Source: Octopus sinensis (Eukaryota). From it: DNA of 64,000 nucleotides. The notes under the pieces are model-generated. The model was not told the DNA's origin. It worked only from the letters and a program-made list of their open reading frames with translations, and did no database searches. Position numbers and translations under genes: made by a program. Shown here one piece after another: positions 40,741 to 53,759 of this stretch; within the stretch, counting starts at the first letter, position 1; each line of letters begins with the position of its first letter. Location of the stretch: positions 28,520,001 through 28,584,000 of the forward strand of contig NC_043020.1 of assembly GCF_006345805.1 (NCBI RefSeq), in the 5' to 3' direction.

Positions 40741-41522
40741 ACACATGGTAAAGGGGTTGGTGTTAGGAAGGGCACCCAGCCGTAGAAACCACGTCAAAAT
40801 AGACATGGAACCAGAACAGTATTTCAGCTGGCCAGCTTCAGTCACGCAATCCAGCCCATGCCATCACGGAAAACAGATATTAGATGATGTATACAATAGT
40901 TGTAACTGTAGTATCATGCATAAATCTGTAAAACAAAAACAATCTCAAAACCAATTTCATTCATTTACAATGGTTACTGGTTCAATCCCACCGGTTGACA
41001 CCTTGGGTAAATAAATATCTTCCACTATAGTTCTAGGGCAACCAATGCATTATGGAGGAAACTATGTAGAAGCCTGTTGTACATCCTCATCATCATTTAA
41101 CATTCATTTCCCATACTGGCATGGGTTGAATCGCTTGGCAGGAACAGGCAAGACAGAGGACTGCACCAAGATCTACTGTCTGCTGTTGCATGGTTTCTAC
41201 AGTTGGATAGCTTTTTTAGCGCCAACTACTTTCCAGAGTGTAGTGGATGTTTTTTACAAGGCACCAGCAAGGTCACCAAGTAACTTGCAATACAAAGATC
41301 CCAAAATACCTGTTACATGGTAGCAGGGCATTCAAAAAATAGCAGCCAAATCTTTCCTTTTTCTGGGGAAGGGAGCCGTTTACACATGATTTCGATGTCA
41401 CATTTGTTGAAAGCATGCGAAATAACCTGGAAAAGAAAAAAATCCACGAAACAAAACACTGTTGCTGGGAAACTCCCAGTTTCCTGGTGACCCAATGGGT
41501 CACAGGTTGTCTAGTATGTATA

Positions 41523-41611
<89 letters not shown>

Positions 41612-41615
<4 letters not shown>

Positions 41616-42478
41616 TCAATCTAGCTAAAACTAAAGTCGTAATAAGTAGGAAGGTAGACAAATCACAAACGCCTTCAGGTAGATGGCCCTGCTCGATCTG
41701 TAGAAAAGGTGTAGGTAGAAACTCTATAAGATGCACCAAGTGTAAGCTATGGACACATAAGAGGTGCAGCAATGTCATAGGAAGGCTAACTAGGAAGATG
41801 GTTTTTGTATGTGGCAGATGCTCGGGAGCATTAACCTCTGAAAATCTGCAGAAAACAACTTCCGTCACTTTCCAGGGGGAAAAACTAGAAGTAGTTGATA
41901 GCTTCCATTATCTTGGTGACCAAGTCAGTAGTGGGGGGTGGGTGTGCTGAAAGTGTAACGGCTAGAGTAAGAATAGCCTGGGAAAAGTTTAGGGAGCTCT
42001 TACCTCTGTTGGTGACTAAAGGCCTCTCGCTCAGAGTAAAAGGCAGACTGTATGATGCATGTGTACGAACAGCCATGCTACATGGCAGTGAAACATGGGC
42101 CGTGACTGCTGAGGACATGCGTAAGCTCGCAAGAAATGAAGCTAGTATGCTCCGTTGGATGTGTAATGTCAGTGTTCATAGTCGACAGAGTGTAAGTACC
42201 TTGAGAGAAAAGTTGGACCTAAGAGGCATCAGATGTTGAGTGCAAGAGAGACGATTGCGCTGGTATGGTCATGTGGCGAGAATGGATGAAGATAGGTGTG
42301 TGAAAAAGTGCCACACCCTAGCAGTTGAGGGGACCTGTGGAAGAGGTAGACCCAGGAAAACCTGGGTCGAGGTGGTGAAGCACGACCTTCGAACTCTAGG
42401 TCTCACCAAGGAAATGACCAGAGACCGAGACCTATGGAAGTATGCTGTGCGTCAGAAGACCCGGCAAGACCAGTGAAA
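41612..42478 (+). mobile_element. 5'-truncated RTE-clade LINE (RT C-terminus with Cys-rich PHD-like insert), frameshift near 41940 and stop at 42237
   Basis: VNLAKTKV...CSICRKGVGRNSIRCTKCKLWTHKRC...LEVVDSFHYLG...MLHGSETW...QERRLRWYGHVARM...RGRPRKTW. Confidence 0.9.
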
Positions 42479-42519
42479 ACAATCAAAATCAAATCATATA
42501 TCAGAAAGCAGGGGTTAAG

Positions 42520-43000
42520 TGACCCATCCGTTCGTGTCCACTGCCAGCCTCGTCTGGCACCCGTGTCGGTGATAAGTAAAAGCACCATTCGCTCGTGGCC
42601 GTTTGCCAGCTCTGTCTGGCCCCGTGTCGGTGGCACATAAAAGCACCATCCGTTCGTGTTCGTTGCCAGCCTCGGCTGGCCCCCATGCCGGTGACACGTA
42701 AAAGTACCGTCCGTTCGTGGCCGTTTGCCAGCTCTCTCTGGCCCTGTGTCGGTGGCACGTAAAAGCACCATCCGTTCGTGTCCGTTGCCAGCCTCGGCTG
42801 GCCCCCGTGCCGGTGACACGTAAAAGCACTGTCCGTTCGTGGCCGTTTGCCAGCTCTGTCTGGCCCCATGTCAGTGGCACGTAAAAGCACCATCCGTTCG
42901 TGTCCGTTGCCAGCATCGCCTGGCCCCGTGCCGGTGATACGTAAAATCACCATCCGTTCGTGGCCGTTTGCCAGCTCTGTCTGGCACCTGTGCAGGTGGC
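42520..43000. repeat. ~60-bp alternating-unit minisatellite expanded inside a SINE
   Basis: Repeated cacgtaaaagcaccatccgttcgtg(g/t)ccgttgccagc...; shorter versions occur in other copies of the same SINE. Confidence 0.85.
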
Positions 43001-44284
43001 ACGTAAAAAACACCCACTACACTCGCGGAGTGGTTGGCGTTAGGAAGGGCATCCAGCCGTAGAAACACTGCCAGATCTGACTGGGCCTGACGAAGCCTTC
43101 CAGCTCCACAGACCCCAGTTGACCCGTCCAACCCATGCTAGCATGGAAAGCGGACGCTAAATGATGATGATGATGATGATATATGCGTGTATGTGTGTAT
43201 GTATGTATGAAAGAGTGCAGAAAAGTTCCTGGCTTTGAGTAAAAGAAAATAGAGGAGGATCAGTTAATTATGATTTTATTCAAAATATTCCCTCTAAGAT
43301 TAACACACTTATTGCAGTAATCCTTCAGTTTTTCTAAGCCCTGTAAAAGAACTCAGAAGGCCTTCAACCAGGCCTTTCGCCCTTACAGCACCTCCTTGCA
43401 TATATACATACATGTATGCACATTCAGCCTTAACTAGCTTAACTTTCCCTAATCATACATCATCGACCTGCAAACTAAACCCCACACGTCAAACTTGCAT
43501 TGATTCCATAAAGGGAGACATTGAGCACATCCTTGAGTGGGGCCATGCCAACTTTGTCCCTTAATAGCACAAACACTCAAGCACAACTCATATCAAGAAA
43601 ACACCATCATGCTACACTCCCGCTAAACATAAGTGGAACTCAGAACCCTTAGGGTCGGTCCAAATGCTGGTCCTCAATATCACTGAGGATCTATCCTAGC
43701 AAAAGCTAGCAGACACTCCACAAGACCAGAGAGCAGCCCACAGAGGAATGCTGCCCCTATATTTGAGACAGTGATGCTGTTTCACAGACATCCTAGATCA
43801 GAGCCAAAGAAGAGCCACTCGCATCCACTCACTGTGATGGACACATACTCCAACATCAGACTCACAGGCATACTGCCTCCTTTTCCTCGATTTCTTTATT
43901 ACTACTATAATAGCCTCTGAGCTGGCAGACGCGTTAGCACGCCGGGCGAAATGCTTAACTGTATTTCGTCTGCCGTTACGTTCTGAGTTCAAATTCTGCC
44001 GAGGTCGACTTTACTTTTCATCCTTTCGGGGTCGATAAATTAAGTACCAGTTGCGCACTGGGGTCGAGGTAATCGACTTAATACCTTTGTCTGTCCTTGT
44101 TTGTCTCCTCTATGTTTAGCCCCTTGTGGGTAGTAAAGAAATATATAATAGCCTCTGCCCTTTGGAAACAACTGGCTATGTACCGCCATCACTCGAGCAC
44201 CCTTCACCCACTCATTACCTTAGTTGCATCTACCCCTACCTCCACTAACCACTATTTCTAGTCCTTTCTTCCTAAAACATTACC

Positions 44285-45786
44285 GGTACTTGTCTATTGT
44301 CGTGGTCCCGTTTTCGCACACGCGAATTCGCGCGCGCGCGCACGCCAGACTTGGGTACTCGATACTCGAGATCCTACGAGGTGACTTGCGCATGCGCAGT
44401 GCAGAATTCGCGCATGCGCGTTACCCCCCCCCCCCTAAAAAAAAGGTGTTGGATTTCACTAAAAATATATATATGTGTGTGTGTGTGTATATAACATTTT
44501 CAATTTTACACAAAAAAATTACATAGTCGCTTTCCTCGCGGATTTACAGATAAATGAATTAATTACTATTTTACAGAATAAAATTAATGAATTAATTATA
44601 TAAATTAAATAATTCTTGAAAATTAATTAATATTAACAATATTTTTTGAACAAAGTAAATAATTTATAAAACTTGGTTAATAATTTTTTTTACACAAACG
44701 CGAACGTATATAATTTGTGAAACTTTTTTTTTTTTTACAGACGTATATAATTTGGTAAACTTAATGAATTAATTTCTTCTCATCATCATCATCGTTTAAC
44801 GTCCGTTCTCCATGCCAGCATGGGTTGGACGGTTCGACCGGGGATCTGGGAAGCCAGAAGGCTGCACCAGACTCCAGTCTTATCTGGCAATGTTTCTACA
44901 GCTGGATGCCCTTCCTAACGCCAACCACTCCGAGAGTGTAGTGGGTGCTTTTTACATGCCACCCGCACAGGTGCCAGGAGAGGCTGGCAACGGCCACGGT
45001 CGGATTGGTGCCAGTCGAGGCGGCTCTGGCATCGGCCACGATTCGGATAGTGCTTTTTACGTACCACCAGTCCAGGGGTCCTGGCATTTGCCGGGTGCCA
45101 CACTTGCCCCAACATGTCTTCGCAAGCAAAGGGGGTTGGCGTGGGTGCCTGTCGTGGGATGAGGTTCGATATCAACTTCGCTTGCCTCAACAGGTCTTTG
45201 TGTATAAATGTATAAATTTTTCGCACTAAATTCTTTCCGTAGAATTTATCAAAAAACGCGCAAAATTATTCCGTAGAATTTATCAAATTAAAAAACGCAA
45301 AATTAATATATTTTTTGAAATTGCAAATTATTTAGAATATAAAACAAATGAAGTTAAATTTTTAAAATAAATGTCATATACTTATACTCTGTAAGGTGGT
45401 GTGTTCACACTTCAATTTACTATTTTCTAGAAATGTTGCTTTTCTAATTGAAACAATTTTTCTCAATCTCCATTTAAAAGTCCATAATGCCTCTTGAGCC
45501 ATATCAAAATGAACAACTTTGAATTACGCGGCGGTGGTGGTGGTGGTGGTGTGAGGTTCTAATTTTTTTTTCTGATCTCTCTTTGCCCCCTCTTTATCTC
45601 AGTTGTTCATTCCGCTAATATTTAGAAAAATTTTCGCGCCCAATTTTTGTTGTCGCGGGAAAAGATGAACGATTTAAAATAAATATATCTTAATTGTAGT
45701 GTGAGAAAGTATATATATTCTGATGACAAAATATATTATCTTTCAAAAACATCCCAAATTTATAGACTATATCGTGTAGGTTTAAG

Positions 45787-45832
<46 letters not shown>

Positions 45833-46805
45833 CTTAAACCTACACGATATAGTCTATAAATTCTACGGAAAGAATTTAGTGCGAAAAATTTATACATTTA
45901 TACACAAAGACCTGTTGAGGCAAGCGAAGTTGATATCGAACCTCATCCCACGACAGGCACCCACGCCAACCCCCTTTGCTTGCGAAGACATGTTGGGGCA
46001 AGTGTGGCACCCGGCAAATGCCAGGACCCCTGGACTGGTGGTACGTAAAAAGCACTATCCGAATCGTGGCCGATGCCAGAGCCGCCTCGACTGGCACCAA
46101 TCCGACCGTGGCCGTTGCCAGCCTCTCCTGGCACCTGTGCGGGTGGCATGTAAAAAGCACCCACTACACTCTCGGAGTGGTTGGCGTTAGGAAGGGCATC
46201 CAGCTGTAGAAACATTGCCAGATAAGACTGGAGTCTGGTGCAGCCTTCTGGCTTCCCAGATCCCCGGTCGAACCGTCCAACCCATGCTGGCATGGAGAAC
46301 GGACGTTAAACGATGATGATGATGAGAAGAAATTAATTCATTAAGTTTACCAAATTATATACGTCTGTAAAAAAAAAAAAGTTTCACAAATTATATACGT
46401 TCGCGTTTGTGTAAAAAAAATTATTAACCAAGTTTTATAAATTATTTACTTTGTTCAAAAAATATTGTTAATATTAATTAATTTTCAAGAATTATTTAAT
46501 TTATATAATTAATTCATTAATTTTATTCTGTAAAATAGTAATTAATTCATTTATCTGTAAATCCGCGAGGAAAGCGACTATGTAATTTTTTTGTGTAAAA
46601 TTGAAAATGTTATACACACACACACACATATATATTTTTAGTGAAATCCAACACCTTTTTTTTAGGGGGGGGGTAACGCGCATGCGCGAATTCTGCACTG
46701 CGCATGCGCAAGTCACCTCGTAGGATCTCGAGTACCTACGTCTGGCGTGCGCGCGCGCGCGAATTCGCGTGTGCGAAACCGGGACCACGACAATAGACAA
46801 GTACC
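44285..46805. repeat. Large inverted repeat (~960-bp arms) with an internal (TA)n-centred palindrome
   Basis: 44285-~45250 is the reverse complement of ~45858-46805, including a shared SINE; mirrored ORFs in the track confirm this. 45758-45863 is a perfect palindrome around (AT)n. Confidence 0.92.
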
Positions 46806-47292
46806 CTGAATTTGTTACGCGACTTATACCCGAATAGATACGGTGCATAGTTTCGAAGCTGAGTGCAACCTGTAAGGTAAATTATTTATGTCAGTGCATA
46901 AAAATGAAACCTCGTGTCACCATTCCCAAGACAAGTGTTACCACGCTGTTTTGAAACGATAACCCCCAGAAAATCCCTGGCCTCTTCTACAAAACAATGC
47001 CTATAAATACTTCAAAGAAATAAAAATTACAAACTCGGCCTTATATGAAATGACAGTCTCTATGTTGAGTGAAACAGGTTACGAAAATTATTCATGTCAG
47101 AGTATGAAGCGAAACTTCGATTGATTGGCGAGGAGTGAGGGTCACCATTCCCAAGACATGTGCAACCACGCTGTTTTGAAATGATAATAATAATATCCAA
47201 GAACATCGCTGGCCTCCACTGCAAAATATAACGACGTTGTTTTGAAAGTAATGTAAAATGCAAATATGATAAACAATTTTATCCAGACATAC

Positions 47293-47853
47293 CTTCCCAT
47301 ACTTGATATCAGCGATAGTCGCGATTTGTTGACTGGCATCCCAGTTAATTCCAGGTAGGTAGGACGACGATTCATAAGCGGAGATTAAGTTAGCGGCAAC
47401 AACTTCTGTCTTGATGGCATGTTCCAACTGTAGAGATGTGCTGCTAGTAAGGGCACTTTGCTGGTCATCTTGGAATTTTAACGGAAGCCCGTCAATGTTC
47501 GGGGCTTTCAGTAAACGCCTCGCGGGTTTCGGTAATCTCTTCAAAGAACTCGCCGTCGACCTGTTACGTATGGAAGGCCGATCGTTGCTGTGATTGTGGT
47601 TCTCCCTAAACGATATTAGCTCTTGTTTGTTCGACATGACAGCGCTAGAGAGACAGCCCAGTGTTTTACACTTCCAGTAAATTCTGTCTTTGCGTTTATA
47701 GTTAAGACGAAACAGATAGCCATTTAAGGCCAAGAGTTGTCCGCCTCTCGTCGTCACGACCAGTTCGTACTCCGGCTGGCGCGGTTTGAATGTCTGCCTT
47801 TTTTTATTTAGTTTATAATCGTGGTTAACATTGAGAAACGAATCGTTCGCCAT
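47293..47853 (-). CDS. Variable exon V3: FLYWCH domain plus linker, 187 aa
   Basis: ATG at 47853; YELVVTTRGGQLLALNGYLF...RIYWKCKTLGC...RENHNH; AIKTEV SUMO-type motif. Donor AAG|GTATGT after 47293 (phase 0). No TIRs seen nearby. Confidence 0.78.
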
Positions 47854-49025
47854 AATGACAACACCTCTGTAGCAAATGCTTCGGCAGAGATGTAAATAAA
47901 CTAAATATATATTCTCCTGTGCTGTATATTCAACGACAGTATACGCAAGACACTGATACGTTACGCAAATCGAGCAGACATTCGAAACAAGTAAAACTTG
48001 AAGGCGAATAAGGCAAAATTAGGACAAGGCGAAAAACAACAAAAAGCAGGCGAAACGACTAGCTTTGCTGAAATGTTAATGGAAAAAAATGTACTTTTAC
48101 CAGATAAATTCAAACTGATATATTACAAACTATCAGCCTTAGTTTCCTATTTGTCAACAACAAATACAAACAGCGAGCATCAATTTATTTCTATGCTGCA
48201 TAATGATTTATACGGAGTTTTATGAAACTACCATAGTACAGTTATGTTAATCTGTAAAGGCACTACAAAAGTAAGACTGGGCAAGACGGAACGAAACTTA
48301 ATTTTTATATCTGTTTTTTTTCGTTTTTGCTGCAGCATACCTACACAAGTGTGCCCCTTCCTCACGATATTGTTTCTCCCATAACTTTTAGAAAAGTGAA
48401 TGGATTTTAATGAAATTTTCAACAGATATCTTACAGATGGTGCATATTACGATTATATAAAGTGAAAAAGATTGAAGGGGGCACACACAAACATGCTAGC
48501 ACATCACATCTATCTTCAAAATAAAATTTGAAAAAAAGTATGTGGTGCGTGTGAACATTGTACGTACGTACGTACGCCCATCCTTATTTTTATTTATTAT
48601 TTTTTTTTACACATTAAACTCCAATATAATTGGTATCAACACTGTCTGAAAGATATCTGTAGAAAATCTCATTTAAAAATATCAATTTCTCTGAAAGTTA
48701 TAAAGAAACAAAGTCGTACAAAGCACACTTGTTTCGTATGTCGCTTTTTCTATGGTTTATGCGAGAGCGTTCTTACGATCTAGGTTTCCATTGCAGTTAT
48801 TTCGGTAAAGTTCATTAATGCTTCGGGGAAGGGATGATTTCTAAATACATTATGTTCCCTACATCCCTGCTAATGCTATGAGGATAGCATTTAATTGATA
48901 ATTTTAATACAGAACGGTTGAGCCATTGTTTTGTTACACTAGTAATTCAAATAAAATTATTAAGTTTTATTAACTCTGAAAGGCACAAAAAGAAAATGAC
49001 TCTCCCCAGACACAACAGAATATGC

Positions 49026-50175
49026 GGTTAATATCTAGATCCGCACCCGGTGGAAAAAATGGAAACGCAAATGTGTAACAGTTGTAAGGCATCGTATATT
49101 GACGTAATAAGACGGAAAAAAAGGGCGCTGACGAACGGGGGTGGGGGAGGGGGGTCGGAAAGGGGGGCGTGGTCGGAAAATTCCCAGGATCAACCGTAGA
49201 GGATCCACGCCCAGGTGGCAAAAATGGAAAAAAGTATGTGTAAGAGGTGTAAGGCACCGTATATTGAAGGAATATGACGAAAAAAAAGCGCGCTGACAAA
49301 CGGGGGGGGGGAGGGGGCTCGGAAAATTGCCTACGATTTAAAGAAAAATTTACCATCAATTTTCACCATTTAAACGCATTGTTGGCATAAGGGAAGTAAC
49401 TCTCTAAAAATCTCTATATATAAACGGCAGTTTTTCTGTGTGTCTGTCAGGTTGTACCCTCACCCTGACCACGGCTTTCAACCGATTCTGATGAAACTTG
49501 ACACACACATAGCCCAATGTCATAATTCAAAACTAACGCAGCAAAAATTTTGAAAAGTTCCCCCAGTTCTGATAAAGATCGATAAATTTGACATGGGGTC
49601 GAGAATTTCAATTTTTTTGCTATTTTCAATATTTTTGCTAAAAATGCTTTATAGTTATTTCCCTTACAAACCCGAGCAACGCCGGGCGATACTGCTAGTC
49701 TATATATATATTTTTTTTTATTTTACAAACAAAAAGTGAAAACTGAAGTAATGGAATTTGAATTTTTGAAGTTGCGATTGATAATTATTCTGTGACAATC
49801 AATAATATTGGGAAAATATAATCTGTACTTACCACATGCGTGGTAGATTTATGCCAACAATGCGTTTAAATGGTGAAAATTGATGGTAAATTTTTCTTTA
49901 AATCGTAGGCAATTTTCCGACCCCCCCCCCGTTTGTCAGCGCCCTTTTTTTACGTCTTATTCCGTCAATATACGATGCCTTACAACTGTTAGACATTTTA
50001 GATTCCAGGTTGATCCTGGGAATTTTCCGCCCCCCCACCCCTTCCGAACCCCCTCCCCCACCCCGTTCGTCAGCGCCCTTTTTTTCCGTCTTATTACGTC
50101 AATATACGATGCCTTACAACTGTTACACATTTGCGTTTCCATTTTTTCCACCGGGTGCGGATCTAGATATTAACC
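49026..50175. mobile_element. Long-TIR (~365 bp) non-autonomous DNA transposon with 8-bp TSD GAATATGC
   Basis: GAATATGC at 49018-49025 and 50176-50183; TIR begins GGTTAATATCTAGATCCGCACCCGG; arms 49026-49390 and 49850-50175. Confidence 0.85.
49411..49698 (+). mobile_element. Helitron-like element nested in the long-TIR element
   Basis: 5' TCTCTATATAT, 3' hairpin CCCGAGCAACGCCGGG then CTAG. Confidence 0.7.
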
Positions 50176-50719
50176 GAATATGCTTCAACACACGAACTCA
50201 CATAAAGAATCTTGCAAACCAAATCCAAAAACGAAATATTATTACTAGAATGTACGGATTTCCCTTTTAAATATGCAAGATAAAACAAAAAAATAATAAA
50301 GAAACTATAGAACAAAAAATTTAGTTTAAAAATCGAATTTTAAAAAAGAAATTTTCACCTGGTGTCTGAATGGAACAGAAGTTTGGTTGGGTTCTTGTTT
50401 CACAACTGTTTCAAGCTACAAAGAGAAAAAATTTGAACAAAAATTCATTTGAACAATAGGAGATCAGCATTTAGTAAGAATATAATATAAAATATTGATT
50501 TCAAAATTTTGGCACAAGGCCAGCAATTTCCGGGGATTACATCGACCTTAGTTCTCAACTGGTATTTATTTTATCGATCCTGAAGGATGAAAGGCAAAGT
50601 GGAACTCAGAATGTAAAATCGGAAGGAATGCTGCTAAGAATTTTGTCCGGCGCGGTAACGGTTCTGCCAGCTCGCCGACTTGAAGTACAATATGAAATAT
50701 TGATTTTGAGGTAGAGATA

Positions 50720-52217
50720 TAGGTTGAAATCCCTTATCCGAAATTCCTAAAGATTTCGGAATATTTTTATACTTGCATCCATGAAATAGGACACCTTGGG
50801 GGATGGGACCCAAGTCTAAACACAATATCCACTTACATCTTATATTATATATATTTTTTTTTATTCTTTTGCTTGTTTCAGTCATATGACTGCAACCAGG
50901 ACTTTTTTTTTCAAACTCTAGTACTTATTCTATTGCTCTCCTTTGCCGAATTGCTAAGTTACGAGGATGTAAACACACCAGCACCGGTTGTCAAGCGGTG
51001 GTAGGGGACAAATACAAACACAATAACGTGCACACACACACACACACACACAATGAGCTTCTTTCAGTTTCCGTCTACCAAGTCCTCTCACAAGGCTTTG
51101 GTCGGCCCGAAGCTATAGTATAAGGTACTAGCCAAAGGTACCGCGCAGTGGGACTGAACCCGGAACCATGTGGTTGGGAAGTAGGCTTCTTACCACACCC
51201 CCACGCTTAACATTAGAACAGTAAGATATCCGCTTCGATGTCATGTTTTGATTAAAAGATTACACTACATGTACGCCATTTGTATTTCATTCTTTGCTCT
51301 ACGGATATTGGGTTTAATGTAAGATATAAACATTTTTAAAAAGCCAAAGCATTGAACATGATTACAGGTAAATAAAATGAAAACTGAAAAAGTCAACATA
51401 GCATTTTAAAAAAAAGTAATGTACAAATAACGATGTTAGTCATGTTATACTTATACACGGATGTGAAATTCGGGTCTAAAATAAGAATCACGTTTTGGGC
51501 TTACTGTTTTTAAAGATTTAATGCCGTGCCTTTTCCTAAATTTTTGCAACCAGTCTGCAGAATATTCACAGCTACCCTTAATTTTCAGTTTGTTATGATA
51601 GATTTTTGCCTGTTTCGTGATCAGCAATGCATTAAGCGGGATGTGTTTACTCTGGCACTGACGAATCCATTCCATTAGAACACGATCGTGATTTTCATTT
51701 TTCGCTCTATGTAATTTTTTCCTGTACTTCATCAAGCTTTGATCATCGCTTTCTTCATAGAACTGTCTTTTCAGGTCGTAAACAGTCGTTGTTCCGACAC
51801 CAAACTCCTCCGCCAGTTGCTTCACACTTACACCGCTCTCAAGTTTTTTCAACAACTTAACTTTCTGCATTATAGTTAGACATTGATGTTTTCTCTTTTC
51901 ACGATTACCCATGTGGGTATTTCCAGGCCTTTTCGACATTTCCGACATCTTCTTCTCGTCACAGGGCACAAAACAGGCGGCAATCACAAGTAACGAGCGA
52001 AGGTGTCACTCTGATGGCTGCTAACAAACTTCCAACTGAACTCTGGACGATAAAACTGCACCCAGGGTAGGTGAGGTCACATACGATAACGGCACACATC
52101 TGCACTTGGTGGAACTTTCTTAGCACTTTGTAGAATATTCTATTTGAGGTATGTCATGTTAGAATCCACAAAAAAACTTTCGGATTTGGGAATTTCGGAT
52201 ACAGGATTTTCAGCATG
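50720..52217 (-). mobile_element. Tigger/pogo (Tigger4/Zombi-like) element, internally deleted, with SINE insertions
   Basis: Ends taggttgaaatcccttatccgaaa (50720) and tttcggatacaggattttcagcatg|ta (52217); internal psq-HTH plus CENP-B HTH ORF. Confidence 0.75.
51505..51948 (-). CDS. Candidate variable first exon V4: HTH_psq plus CENP-B HTH, 148 aa
   Basis: MSEMSKRP...KRKHQCLTIMQKVKLL...GVGTTTVYDL...EYSADWLQKFRKRHGIK. Donor ACA|GTAAGC after 51505 (phase 0). DDD domain absent. Confidence 0.6.
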
Positions 52218-53759
52218 TATAGTCGATTAAATTGACCCCAGTAGTATGTAGTAGAATTTCAACGTCCACGATGCTTTCGCCGTGGGAGGTAGACAGTAAT
52301 ACCTTTATTTCTTGGATACTACAATAAATCAAACGAAATGTGTTGACATACAAGTTGTCTTGGTCTGTGATATAAATTACATTGTTAGAGAAGGGCTTAT
52401 AGAACTGAGTGCCCATAGTAACATCAACCATACAGTTACTAAGGCAGGTAAAGATGTGTGGAGATGTGAACTGTAATATATTCCACATCTCTATATTTCA
52501 GCCGCCTAAAATCTTCAACGTAACTTTCCAAGTTTTTCTCACGAACACAACTTCGGCAAGTTTTCAATTATTATAGAAGAAATACAAGTAAAGTTTGCTA
52601 TTTTATTTGAAGGTATTTTTTTAAAATGCAGTAAAAACTATCATCGCATCTCTTTCGATTAACTCCTCATTAACTCTCAGTCCAAGACAAAATAAAAGCT
52701 TGAAGGGTGACACAGGAGATTTTACTCTGAAATATATTTTAGCCGAGATGTGTGCCTTGTCGATGGAAGTTTGGGGCGAATAACGAACCATGTTAGAAAG
52801 AGAACATCTCAAATTTTTATAACTTTTTCCTTTTTACTAATTAACACCATGACTTTTATTTCACAACATAGCATAACTTAAGTGAAATACCTTTCTTACA
52901 ATGCTATAACCATGCAGCATTATAATTCGAATTATGTACATAACAATTTTATAACAGTCCCCAAAACTACCACAATATTAAATAATACCCTTTATCAATA
53001 CTTTAAATTTCAGCAGGCAACCATCTACCCTTTGCCATATAGACACTTTTTTTGTGTATTGTTACAATGCTCGCGTTCAACAGTGTTAAAAATAAAGTTA
53101 GTTTTACATTCGTTTAGCGTTGCAATGTCAGAATTATGTTAGAATCTATGTGCAATGGTGTTAAATATATAAAAAAAAAGACAATTACAGTTGTTTGTTA
53201 TTGTGATGCCCCTTACCAGATTAGAACCCACGATCAATGATGTTAAAGTTAAGATGCATCCGTTTATATCTACAGTACCCCTATATATATATATACACAC
53301 ACACACAATGAGCTTCTTTCAGTTTCCGTCTACCAAGTCCTCTCACAAGGCTTTGGTCGGCCCGAAGCTATAGTAGAAGGTACTAGCCAAAGGTACCGCG
53401 CAGTGGGACTGAACCCGGAACCATGTGGTTGGGAAGTAGGCTTCTTACCACACCCCCACGCTTAACATTAGAACAGTAAGATATCCGTTTCGATGTCATG
53501 TTTTGATTAAAAGATTACACTACATGTACGCCATTTGTATTTCATTCTTTGCTCTACGGATATTGGATTTAATGTAAGATATAAACATTTTTAAAAAGCC
53601 AAAGCATTGAACATGATTACAGGTAAATAAAATGAAAACTGAAAAAGTCAACATAGCATTTAAAAAAAAAGTAATGTACAAATAACGATGTTAGTCATGT
53701 TATACTTATACACGGATGTGAAATTCGGGTCTAAAATAAGAATCACATTTTGGGCTTAC

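Noticed and set aside
42403-43131. Regularly spaced repeats resembling a CRISPR array, and the ORFs over them
   Set aside because: The units are tandem and mutually similar with no unique spacers, there are no cas genes, and they sit in a eukaryotic SINE context.
44278-44290. Donor-like CCG|GTAATG at the left end of the fold-back
   Set aside because: No ORF or other exon evidence, and such sites are common by chance.
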